Origin: Macrostomum lignano
Lineage: Eukaryota
Assembly (NCBI GenBank): GCA_002269645.1
Contig: NIVC01000369.1
Location: 62,001-126,000 of the forward strand
DNA: 64,000 nt
Direction of reading: 5' to 3'
Positions 1-9,848 of the stretch are shown here, one piece after another. The notes beneath the pieces are model-generated. The model saw only the letters and a program-made list of their open reading frames with translations. It was not told the origin of the DNA and did no database searches. Position numbers and translations under genes: made by a program. Within the stretch, counting starts at the first letter, position 1. Every line of letters begins with the position of its first letter.

Positions 1-1720
1 CTTCGGTGGTGTACCTGACACCACGAGGAAAATATATAATAAGGGGATGTTCAATTTCAAAGATGTACAGTCTGTGTTGAGTAAAAACTAAGTAACACCC
101 ATGAATTAACCATTTTCGAGCTATTTCGAATGCAGGCTTTCTGCCATCAATTCATTTAAAAAACAGGTACATGCCTCCCCGTCCTTGTCGTCTGTGTATA
201 TTTATTCATTTCGCTAACGAATATAAGTAATTGATACGATTTCTAGAAAAATGCCAATTTCAAATACGATAATTTTATAGCACAAAGCAACAATGCTTTT
301 AAAATTTTGACGTAAAAACTTGGTAAATAATTACTTTAAATTATAATAAAAGATATAAAATATTAAACACTTAGTTTAAAACAAGTTTAAGTAGTTTTAA
401 GTATAAAACATTTGACATTGCAGTTTTCTTGGAAAGCTTTCGCCAGTCGCTCGCTCGATCGACTGCCAAAGACCTGCATGAGAGAAAAGAAAGAACTATA
501 ACATTCGGCTACTGAAAAGTAGCTAAAATAGCTCACAAAAGTCACATTGTCATTTAATTGGTTAAAAAAACAGTAATTAATAAATTGCTATAAAAAATGA
601 GCAATTGCACTGCCTTTGCACCAGATAGCCAAGGCCATCAAGATCATCAAGGTTTACTATTTACAGGAATTAAACTTCGTAGGCCTAATAAAATTTGTTG
701 TACTTGTACCTAACCTAGCTTATGTATAGTTGCCACATTGTGTTGCTTTTTGCAGTTTACACTACAGAGTTCTTTACTTGCTTTGAAATAGCTTCTTGCT
801 TTCATTTCAAATATATAGAAATGGAGAGAAACCTAAAATTAATAAAAATTATAAAAATTATAATGAAGTAATATACTGTGTCTGTAGGCCTAGCACCTAG
901 TGTTATTGAATGGGTGTTGTAAACAACTTGACACACACATGGGGTTTTATTGTTTTAAAAAAATGCAATAATTTAGCACCTAAAAATAAATATAAGTTAA
1001 AGTTAAAGTCAATTAAGCTTATATAAATATACTATAGCACAGATAAAAAGCAAGCTTAGTTAATATGGTTGACTCCAAATGGGTTGTTTTTGCTGCAGTG
1101 CAGGTGAATTGCTGCAGGCAGTGTCCCAGCAGCCAGCAGCAGCAGGGCCTAGCAATGCCAGTAGATGATATTAAGGAATGGCAATTTTGATTTTGCTATC
1201 AGCTAGGCTATTGAGAGAATGGCCAAGTAGCATATGCCTAGCACCTTCAACTTGTATAGCAGGTCACACATGTGCAATAGTCGGCCAAGTCGGCCGATCT
1301 GGCTGACAGATTTGGCAGCCAACCAAGGAAGTCGCAAAGGGGGGCCGTAGCCCAGCGCTAGCGCAGCTGCTCTCGTGTGCCAGCAACCCAGGCTCAATTC
1401 CAAGTGCAGTCACATTAATTTGGGGCTGAATTGGAATCTTGGCTTGGCTCGGCTCGTGCAATTAATGGCCTTGAGAGCCAACCCCCCAAGGTGCAGTGAA
1501 GTGTACATGCCTAACGATAATATAAAGTTAGGGCCGCTGTACACTCCTGTGTGAGTGTGTGCTTGTATGCCTACTCAGGGGAGTCGGCGGAATGGGCAGT
1601 AATGCCTCTCACAGGTTGTGTGCCTATGTCGCTTAAAGTGTGCCAGGGTGCACACAACCCCCTGCCTCTAATAAAAAAAGGAAGTCGCAAAAATGCCCAC
1701 CCAAAAAATACCAGTATAGT

Positions 1721-1855
1721 ACTAAGTAGCTGACAAGGCTTTTTAGACTTAGTAAGACAGTCATAGTTACTCCTGCCGTTTACCCAAAGTTGCGTTAATT
1801 TTGCATTAGGGTTTTTTTACATGTAAGTCATATTTTTGGCCAAAAACTACATCGC
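1721..1855 (-). pseudogene. Decayed nuclear LSU (28S) rRNA fragment around helices 68-71
   Basis: 1753-1785 TAAGACAGTCATAGTTACTCCTGCCGTTTACCC differs at 2 positions from the reverse complement of the conserved 28S stretch GGGTAAACGGCGGGAGTAACTATGACTCTCTTA (recalled). Weaker similarity continues left (ACTAAGTAGCTGACAAGGC vs ACTAATTAGATGACGAGGC) and right (TGGCCAAAAACTACATCGC vs TGGGCAGAAATCACATCGC). Confidence 0.75.
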
Positions 1856-2816
1856 ATTTTTGTTAAAACTAAGTCGCATGGCCGACCGAATTTTGGAGGT
1901 TGCGCATGTATATAGCAGGTTGTGGTGCATCATGTCCAAGGCCTATTCTTGCATGGTTGTCATTAGGATAGCCTCCATGCCATAGCATAGAGAAGGATTG
2001 GCTCTACTTAGCAATGCATAATAAGTAGATCTTTAGGTTGTTTCGCACTCTAGAAGTGAGGATTGGCCTAAGATTGAGATGACCCATGGCACGCTAGGCC
2101 TAGGTCCTCCTGTCTATAATGATTGCCTCTGGGTTCATCACGAGCATAAAAATACCTAGGTATCAGAAGTCATTGCATATTAAGATAGCCTTGCCATTGG
2201 TCAGGGTCAGTGGTAGGGAATTGTTAGCACCTATGTGTAGCATCTTTATTTTGTATACATTAATCTGCAAGCCAATCCAAGTGCCTTCTCAGGAGAGTTA
2301 AGTAAGAGCATGCTAGGTTGCTACAGGGTCTCAGCAAAATAGCGCAATGTTATCAATGTAAGCAAGGGCTGGGAATGTCATGGCAGTGTGGTAAGAGCTA
2401 CACTGAGGCTCAAAGACAAAGCTATTGTCATCTCTAAGGCAGTGGTGCGAGATGTAGTCAATAGCCAAAATGAAAAGCAGAAGAGATGTGTGTCCCCTTG
2501 CAATATTCCAGAAATAGTATCAAACTTATTTATAAGGCTATTGTTAGAGTCAACAAATGCCTTGGAGTTGTGATATATAGGTCTATAACTACCATCACCA
2601 GGGTGTCAGAAATGCTGTCTATCTATAGCATTTAAGCTAGGCTAAATAAACTAGTTAATAAACTAATATAATATCTAACATTGGTATTTGTAATATTAAT
2701 AATAAAAATAATTAAGGTTAATACATTAAATATTAATAAGGTCCCTACTGAGTACTATATATAAAAAATAGACTAGCATGACTATCTAATAAGATCTTGT
2801 TGCATGTGACATACAA

Positions 2817-3416
2817 ATTCCAGTTGTTGTTTTACCCCTAAACCATTTTGATCTTTGGCCATGGACATTTTGCCCCTAGGCTCTTTCTTCCAGTTTTATA
2901 GTCCATTTTGCCCATAAACCAATTTGGCTATAGGCATTTTGGCTAAAATGGTAATTAGGCCTATGTAATTTACAGATATCACTATACATGTATATTTAAT
3001 TTTGTCTTTTTTTCAATTGTAATTTTAGTTTTAATGTGTTAGAAAATATGATTTGTTGCTACAACATGTGTCATGAGTTAGTTATTTGTTTATGTTTATT
3101 ATAATTGTAAATTCTTATAAGTTTTTTTCTAAGAAAGTCATTTCTTTTAAAAGTGCAATAAGCCATTTTAATCAGAAGGTAAAAAAGGTTTCGGTAAAAC
3201 CAGAAATACTAAAAGAATAAGATCTATCAACTTTTTCCAACTCCAAGTTTAGGCATTTATTGCCACCTAGGCCTAGTTCAAAACTCACAAAACTAGGCCT
3301 AGTTCAATTGGCTTTGAAGCAAAATGGTCTATAGGCAAAACAGCCTGTGGGCAAAATGGTTTGGGGCAAAATTTCTATGGCCAAAATGGTTTATGGGTAA
3401 AACAATTGGTTACCTA
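2817..3416. mobile_element. MITE-like element with ~100-bp imperfect, internally repetitive TIRs
   Basis: Left TTGTTTTACCCCTAAACCATTTT...GGCCATGGACATTTTGCCCC (~2826-2877) is the inverse of right GGGGCAAAATTTCTATGGCCAAAATGGTTTATGGGTAAAACAA (~3363-3405). A CATTTTGCCC motif is reiterated. Possible TSD ACATACAA at 2809-2816 and 3417-3424. No ORF. Confidence 0.6.
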
Positions 3417-3544
3417 ACATACAATCTATAAACACTTTGTTGCATACAAAAATTTCTCAAAATAGTATCTTTTAGAATATAGTATCATTAGCATATTGCC
3501 TAACTAATATTCTATACTATAGATTTTTTTTTGACAACATTTTG

Positions 3545-4600
3545 TCCTATATACTAAAAATACGGTGTCTGTATGTTTGTTTGTACGCAATCGATTAGAG
3601 AAAAAATGGCTAGACAGATTTTGTTCTAATTTGCACTGTTCAATCAGAAATTTTCCCAGGACGGTACATATATCTTTGCTAAGAAATTGCTAAATGCTAA
3701 AGGGATTAAATATTTGAAAAACATGCTTTTTTGCAAAGGTCAAGCAAACTTTTTGACTTGAAATGCATTGTAAAGATGCTAGAGAAAAAACTGACTGGTT
3801 GAATTCTGATTCTGAAATAGATTGCATCATAACTGAAATGTAACTCCAACTTGAATTGTGTCACAGTATTAAAAATGCAGTGTGGAAACGTAGCTCCAAA
3901 CTTAATTTAGATTGCGTAACCATATTCTAAACTTTAATTGAGACTGATACTGACTTGCCTAGGAAATTGATTGTCATAACTGCTTCATGAGTGAGTGTTG
4001 AATTATATAAGTGCTACAATTTCATTTATAAATTTGATAAGATCTAGCCTAGATATGAACAGACTAGACTGCTAATGCAGCAACCTGTGTTTAAAACTTA
4101 GTAGTAAAAATTTTTTTATTAAAAGCTTTTGTTAAAAAAAAATAACTAAAGGACTAAAGGTGTCATGTAAAAAATCATAGAATTGTCATGTAAAAAATCA
4201 TAAAAGCGTCATGTAAAAATCATAGAAGCATCATGTAAACAATCATAGAAGCGTCATGTAAAAATCATTAAAGCGTCATGTAAACAATCATAGAAGCGTC
4301 ATGTAAAAATCATAAAAATGTCATGTAAAAAGTCATAGAAGCGTCATATAAAAAATCATAGCGTCATGTAAACAATCATAGAAGCGTCATGTAAACAATC
4401 ATAGAAGCATCATATAAAAATCTTAAAAGCGTCTTGTAAAAATCACAGAAGCCTCATTTAAAAACTAATGAAAGTGTCATTTAAAAAATTAAGAAGCATC
4501 ATGGTAGAATAAAAGAAGTGTCATGTCAGACATGAAAGGTGTCATGTAAAAATTAAATGAAGCTATAGTGCTGTGCTAGGGAGAAAAACTGAGACGTCAA
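3545..4600 (+). mobile_element. Dispersed repeat with Helitron-like 5' end; diverged homologue at ~17555-18130
   Basis: Starts TCCTATATACTAAAAATACGGTGTCTGTATGTTTGTTTGT...GGCTAGACAGATTTTG, resembling non-autonomous Helitron 5' ends. Shared blocks with 17555-18130 include GACGGTAC..AAGAAATT..AATGCTAAAG, AATTGATTG..TCATAACTGCTTC, AAGTGCTACAATTT and GTCATG repeats. No clear CTAG 3' end found. Confidence 0.4.
4161..4560 (+). repeat. Tandem array, ~23-bp unit GCGTCATGTAAAAATCATAGAA, degenerate
   Basis: More than 12 visible units, decaying towards 4560. Confidence 0.85.
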
Positions 4601-4639
4601 GGCTCATAGAGAATAACTGACATTACAGGGGGGGGGGGT

Positions 4640-4871
4640 TTCTAAGATGTCAAAGCAAAAGTCAGAAGCTACTTCAAAGTTCATTTCCTTTACTCAATTT
4701 TTTATTACATTCTTTTTTAGCTCACCATGGGGGGGCTCTGATAGGAGAAGAGTCATGTAAAAAATAAAAGTAGCACTATGTATACATAAAAGAAAAGTCA
4801 TGTCAAAGTTAAAAGATTCATTTGGGAATTGCTACGATGCCAAAGCTTGGTGGAAATTGTTATAGTGCTGT
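4640..4871 (+). repeat. Diverged direct repeat copy 1 (further copies ~8085-8290 and partial ~8480-8610)
   Basis: Shared AAAGTCAGAAGCTAC, TTTTTATTACATT, ATGTAAAAAATAAAAG, CATGTC.AAGTTAA.AGATTCATTT.GGAAT, AAGCTTG and TATA.TGCTGT. The copies flank the Gypsy remnant. Confidence 0.7.
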
Positions 4872-5099
4872 GATTCGTAAAGAAGGAATTGAGGTAGGGG
4901 CGGAGGAAGAAAATTTATGGTAGACTTGGCGATTGCGGATTTTTAACTCAAGGTTTCTTCGAAACCGGTCGTCATTGCCTTTGCACGAATTGAAGCAGGA
5001 AGATCGCGCAGATGAATCACAATGTAAGTTTGCCTCCTGTTTTACTCCAACTGCCAAAGTCCTTAATTCCGGGGGGAGGGTAGTTTCGGTTGTAGACAA
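4871..5099 (-). pseudogene. Putative truncated gag N-terminus
   Basis: ORF MSTTETTLPPELRTLAVGVKQEANL... begins ~95 nt downstream of the PBS-like motif and is cut at the junction with the flanking repeat. No diagnostic gag motif is seen. Confidence 0.35.
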
Positions 5100-5193
5100 G
5101 CGGTCTTCGTTAGGCGCAAGCGTTTAGAGAGGGTCCTTAGACACCATAGTTAATGCGCTTCAATTGCTTGACTGATTACTGTTAGTAGAGTAG

Positions 5194-5204
5194 CGCTGCC
5201 ACCA
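5194..5204 (-). promoter_or_regulatory. Primer-binding-site-like motif
   Basis: Minus strand ...GTAAATTACGG TGGTGGCAGCG: a TGG-start PBS immediately after an LTR-end-like TTAC(A>G). AATAAA lies upstream on the minus strand (plus TTTATT at 5329-5334). Confidence 0.55.
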
Positions 5205-5859
5205 CCGTAATTTACGTATTACGGACGTTGAAGTCTCAAAGCTTTCTTTGAAATGAGAAATTGGTTGTTTTACGCCCCACAGGCTATGGCTTTTAATTAA
5301 GTATTAAACAAAGAACAATTGACATCAGTTTATTAACCAATCGCTGAATATTATTAATATACCAGAGTCGACCAGACAACAGAAAAGTTCCCGGGGAGCT
5401 GCGGTGCAGGGGTCTAAATAAGTTAAATTCGAGTCACTAGTCTTAGTATTTAGGTTTACTCAACTGGGAACAAATAACAAGTATTAAATTTATGTATTAA
5501 GTTTATGTAGCGAGAGCGAGAAGGGAGGAGCAAAGGGGGGGAGGAAAGGACATGGGGGTGGAAGAGAGAGAGAGAGCCAAGGTAAATAACACAAAAAAAG
5601 CAAAGGTGGGCAAGGTGGTCCAGTGAATAGGGACAGGACGTAGACACCAAGGCCCAGAACATGGCATGGAAAAACAAACTAAACAGAAAAAGGGCATGAA
5701 GAACCAGAAAGAGGGCAGTTATGCCAGAAAAAGGAACAAAATACGTCATAGATTTCACCAAAGGGTGAATGGATAGGGCCAGAAATGGAGTGGCGGCAAA
5801 TGGGACAGTCCATAAAATGTTATTATAAAATTTAAATATTCGTTAGTGGGAGTCCGCAA

Positions 5860-6705
5860 CTACCACATGCGCCGGCGGGCCGTGGCATGAGATAAATCGA
5901 TTAGACCTCCTGGTCTAAGGGTACTGGCCGCAGCTAGCTGGGACCCGGCTGCCTCGGTTGGCCAGGCGGCGCCGGGGACCAGGCCATTGGGCATACTGGT
6001 AGTAGGTTGGGCGGCGGGCTCCTGACTATTAGGCTCCGGGCTGCTAGTCGTGGTGGCTGGGTTTGGGCAACTGCAAGCATCGGCCGCACTAGCTGCCTGG
6101 GCGCCGTAGCAAAGTCGCTCGAGCAACAGAGGTAGCCCTTGGTGGCGGGTGGCGGTGTTGTCGATGGCTAGCGCCACCAGCGTGCAGCACGGGCCGATTT
6201 GCTGCCCCTCAGTTTTGTCGCCGAGCTGGGCCGCAGTAGCAGCAGCGACCATATCGAGCGCCAGGGTCACATCAGCTGGTTCAAAGTGCTGCGCGTAAAG
6301 GGACCAATTCCGGCCGTCGCTGGCTTGCCGCTGGGCGGAGGCCCCCTCGGCTTCCAGAAGCAGTAGCTCCGCCAAATGTTGTGCCTGAATTTCCGCAGGG
6401 GCTGCAGGGTCACCAGCAGGGGCAGCCATTGGAGCTCCGCAAGGCATGCCGCTGGACTCGCTAGTCCAGGCTGATGGTGGAGGCGGGGGCGTCTCATGGT
6501 GGTCTGGCTCAAGCAGATGCACCAGATCCGGCTCAGGTGCCAAGGGCACAGCGTACACTTCCTCCATGAAGTCATTTATCTCCGGTCCTGGGCTATAAGC
6601 AGCCTCCAGAAGTTCGGGTTGCAGTTTGTCCAAATCGACCGAGTCCAGTATCAACCAGTTCGGCGAGGCAGCTGATGCGCCATTACACATAGGGTCACTG
6701 AACAT
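5860..6705 (-). CDS. Uncharacterised 281-aa Pro/Ala-rich ORF downstream of the integrase remnant
   Basis: Uninterrupted non-repetitive ATG ORF in GC-rich sequence. No domain recognised. Confidence 0.45.
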   Translation of the reverse strand: MFSDPMCNGASAASPNWLILDSVDLDKLQPELLEAAYSPGPEINDFMEEVYAVPLAPEPDLVHLLEPDHHETPPPPPSAWTSESSGMPCGAPMAAPAGDPAAPAEIQAQHLAELLLLEAEGASAQRQASDGRNWSLYAQHFEPADVTLALDMVAAATAAQLGDKTEGQQIGPCCTLVALAIDNTATRHQGLPLLLERLCYGAQAASAADACSCPNPATTTSSPEPNSQEPAAQPTTSMPNGLVPGAAWPTEAAGSQLAAASTLRPGGLIDLSHATARRRMW

Positions 6706-6789
6706 GTTTGATGCTGATCAGTCTGGAGCAAAATGTAAGTCAGGCAAAATAAATTGATCGTTGAATGATGAAATATTCTTATTGCACGA

Positions 6790-7560
6790 TTCAGCTTGTC
6801 CATTTGCCGAGGGCGAGTATGGCGGTGTCGTCGTCTGCCTCATGCCGTAGACTTCGCAGAAGTGTCAGAACTCATGCCCTGTAAATTGCTTGCCTTGATC
6901 CGAGTAAATCCAAGCAGGGATTCCTGTGATTGGAAAGACTTGCTCTTGCAGGAGCGTGATTATTGTTTTGGCGCGCTGGTTCTTCATGGCGAAAGCGAAT
7001 GGGTACTTCGATGTTGTGTCGACGTAGGTTAAGATGTACTAATTTCCGCGATCTGTCGGATCTCCAGTGGGGCCTAGGATGTCGATAGCGCATGGCCCAT
7101 AGATTTCGCAAACCAGAAATGACTGTACATGCGCCGGGATTCTTCGCCGTCCTTTGCTTAAAGTGCAGGTCTGGCAGGAAGCGACATAGTCGTATACTGC
7201 TTTGGCCAAGGCAGTTTGCCAGAAACGTTCGCGCACTTTAGCAATGGTGAGGTCTCAGCCCATGCGTCCACAGTAGGGTGAACCATGCAGGTCGGCGAAC
7301 ACGTTGGCATCGAGACTCTTTGGCAGGATGATTCGCGCTTCGTCCTCTTCTCCGACATTGTTGAGATGTATAACTAATAGTCCATCGTCTCAGACTTCTA
7401 ATTGTTCATAAAACGCTAACAGGTTTTGCTCATCTCTTGTCATGTTCAGATGCTGATTTAGCAGCGGCTTCGGTTGTTGGGTTTCCAATAGATTGATCAC
7501 CATGGCAATGGCAGAGTCAGCTCGCTGATGGGTCTGGAGCTCCTCACAAGTGACTGGCCT
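6790..7560 (-). pseudogene. Gypsy integrase pseudogene (Zn finger plus rve core; stops and frameshift)
   Basis: ...RIILPKSLDANVFADLHGSPYCGRMG*DLTIAKVRERFW...YVASCQTCTLSK...AIDILGP, then shifted KYILTYVDTTSKYPFAFAMKNQRAKTI...IYSDQGKQFTGHEF*HFCEVYGMRQTTTPPYSPSANGQAES. Confidence 0.9.
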
Positions 7561-8328
7561 CGGGATATGATCAGTTAGATTCAGAGTACGGCGTCTGTCT
7601 GTAGGATTGGCTGGCGGGGCATCGGCTGTGGCAGCATGGTTCAGGGTCTAGAGCTCCCTACGCATGGTCGCTACTTGGACTGGTGGTCAGGCTGTTGCCG
7701 TATTTGGAGGCCGATCCGTGTCAGTGGCCTCGGCGTCACTGTCGTTATAGTTTGTATCGTCAGCAGATATTGATGAGTCAGTGGAGCTGTCGGCGTCGCT
7801 GCTAAATCTCACCTTCTTGAACTTAGGGTAGCAAGCGGGTTGGCAGCGGTCATCTCTGGCTGCACTGTGGTCTCTGTCCTCGTCACCTTTAGCTAGTAGT
7901 CGACAGCTCCTAGTAGGGCAACATGTTGAACTGCTAAAACTGGTGGGCAACCTCTGTGAGTCTCGATAACGACTGGCAGTTGGCCTTGGCTTCGTTGCCA
8001 GCAGTCGCAGCTCTGTCAGGGGCTTGCTGTTGGCTTTCGGTCTCACGGGGGTTGGGGGTTGGGCTCACGGGGGTATAAATGAGATTTCAAGGCTAAAGTC
8101 AGAAGCTACATGTAGTTTATTAAAAACTTTTTATTACATTTTTTGTTGGCTCCTCAGGGGAGGGATTGCTGATAAAAAAAGCGTAATGTAAAAAATAAAA
8201 GAAGCTTCATGTCGAAGTTAAGAGATTCATTTTGGAATCCCTACAATGTTGAAGCTTGCAGGGAATCGCTATAATGCTGTAGTAGTGCTATAATGACTAT
8301 TAGAGAGAATTACTGAAATGTCAATGCT

Positions 8329-8430
8329 TTAGGGTTAGGTTAGGGTTAGGGTTAGGGCTAGGTTAGGGTTAGGGTTAGGGTTAGGGTTAGGGTTAGGCTA
8401 CAGTTAGGGTCAGGCTAGGGTTAGGGTTAG
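8329..8430 (+). repeat. Interstitial telomeric repeat (TTAGGG)n, ~16 units with variants
   Basis: TTTAGGGTTAGGTTAGGGTTAGGG...TTAGGGTTAG read directly. Confidence 0.92.
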
Positions 8431-9174
8431 AAGATTGACAGATATTTTTAGATTTCCAAGGCTTATTGGGGGCATTGCTGAGATGTCAAGGGGGGAAATA
8501 CTGACATGTCAAGGCTTACAAGGTTTGACAGGTGATTTTTAAAGTTTTCAAGGATACATGTAGCTTATTAAAAAAACGTGTATTGCATTTCTTTGGCTCC
8601 CCAACGGGGGGCATAGATTGCTAGTGATATGCTAATTGGTTTTCTATCTTAGTGATTAGCACGGATAATTGAGGATGTGCACAGCAACCCCTAGTCTTTT
8701 AATAGAACAGCTATATGCAGTCTTTTAGATATGCCAAAAGTAGCTATAGCTAAGCTATTATTTGGTTGCACATTTGCCTATTTAGAGAGGTGTAAAAAAT
8801 TATTAATAATATTATTATTATTATTTTATTAATTAATAGCCATACACATACTATCATAGAAAATTAATGATTAAACAATGCAAGGTTTTTTAACATTAGC
8901 TAAGCCTTTTTTAAATCAAGAAACACCCACACTCATTTTTAGTATTTATAGATTTTGCTAAGAAATATTTTAATTATATGAACTAAAAACTTTTTCAAGT
9001 ATAACAAAGCAATTTCTATTGATGTATTTTTATATAAAGTAGATACTGCTCTGAAGTATGAGTATAACAAAATGTATCTAGAGTTGCTAGTACTTAATTT
9101 ATAATGAATATATTTACAAACTCATTATTAACTTTGTTATATTTCATGATATAGTTTACACTAAAATAGTTGTC

Positions 9175-9258
9175 ATGTCACAATTCCTTGTGGAACCACT
9201 GGCAGTTGCTAAGATAGTATTGCATGCCTGCAAATATCCACACACTGCTGTCAATGGG
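9175..9258 (+). CDS. EMC8: ER membrane protein complex subunit 8/9 (UPF0172), exon 1 of 3
   Basis: MSQFLVEPLAVAKIVLHACKYPHTAVNG matches the family motif K..LH..KYPH.AVNG. Donor GTGAGT at 9259, phase 0. Confidence 0.92.
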
Positions 9259-9337
9259 GTGAGTAGGTCTAGACAAATGATTTGTATCTTGGGAGTTGGA
9301 GTTAATAAATTGTTTACTAATTTATTGTTAATGACAG

Positions 9338-9514
9338 GTGCTTCTTGCTGAGAAACCTTCGCCGGATAGCTCTAATTCAAGCTCTAAGCCTATTGTGATC
9401 TGTAATACTGTACCATTGTTTCATAGCAATTTGAATTTGGCACCAATGCTGGAAGCTGCCCTGATGCAAATTGAAGCAACTTACAAAAACTATGCTATTG
9501 TTGGCTATTATCAG
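9338..9514 (+). CDS. EMC8: EMC8/9 exon 2 of 3
   Basis: ACAG|VLLAEKP...TVPLFHSNLNLAPMLEAALMQIE...AIVGYYQ|GTGAGT, phase 0. Confidence 0.92.
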
Positions 9515-9799
9515 GTGAGTTAACATTAATAATTTTAATTGTTACTATTATCGCTGTTGTTGCCATTGATCAGTTCATTTATTTCTTTTTTGGGTTTAGA
9601 TTTAATAAGTGCCAAGCCATAAGGCACAGAGAGTGTACACCCTGTGTGAGCGTACATACACTATTGGCGCGCTTGTATGAGTCAGTTTAATGGGCAGAAT
9701 TGTCCACATAGCTAGCCCTCCTGAGAATATTTATTTATAATCAGGTAAAGTGGCTCGCTTGGCAAGTAAAATAAAGAGAAATCCGAAAATCAACATGCG

Positions 9800-9848
9800 G
9801 TTTTTTCGACGCGTTTCGCACACCAAGGTGCATCGTCGGGTATATTGT
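9800..9848 (-). ncRNA. Minimal type-I hammerhead-ribozyme-like motif of Penelope-like elements (degenerate)
   Basis: Minus strand CCGACGA-T-GCAC(CTTGGT)GTGC-GAAA-CGCG-TC. It shows the CUGANGA core with U4>C, a 4-bp stem II, GAAA and the palindromic ACGCGT stem III, ~190 nt 3' of the GIY-YIG stop. Stem I pairing is poor. Confidence 0.6.

Larger units (their letters stand above)
4871..8050 (-). mobile_element. Degenerate Ty3/Gypsy LTR-retrotransposon remnant in permuted order (integrase, orphan ORF, LTR-like, PBS, gag start)
   Basis: Integrase H2C2 zinc finger and rve core at 6790-7560, PBS-like TGGTGGCAGCG at 5204-5194, then a gag-like start at 5099. Both ends are truncated. Confidence 0.75.

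Noticed and set aside
1745-1785. Idea that the 28S fragment is the 5' leader of an ectopic R2 retrotransposon
   Set aside because: Weak 28S similarity continues on both sides of the R2 site, and no R2 ORF or HDV-like ribozyme is visible.
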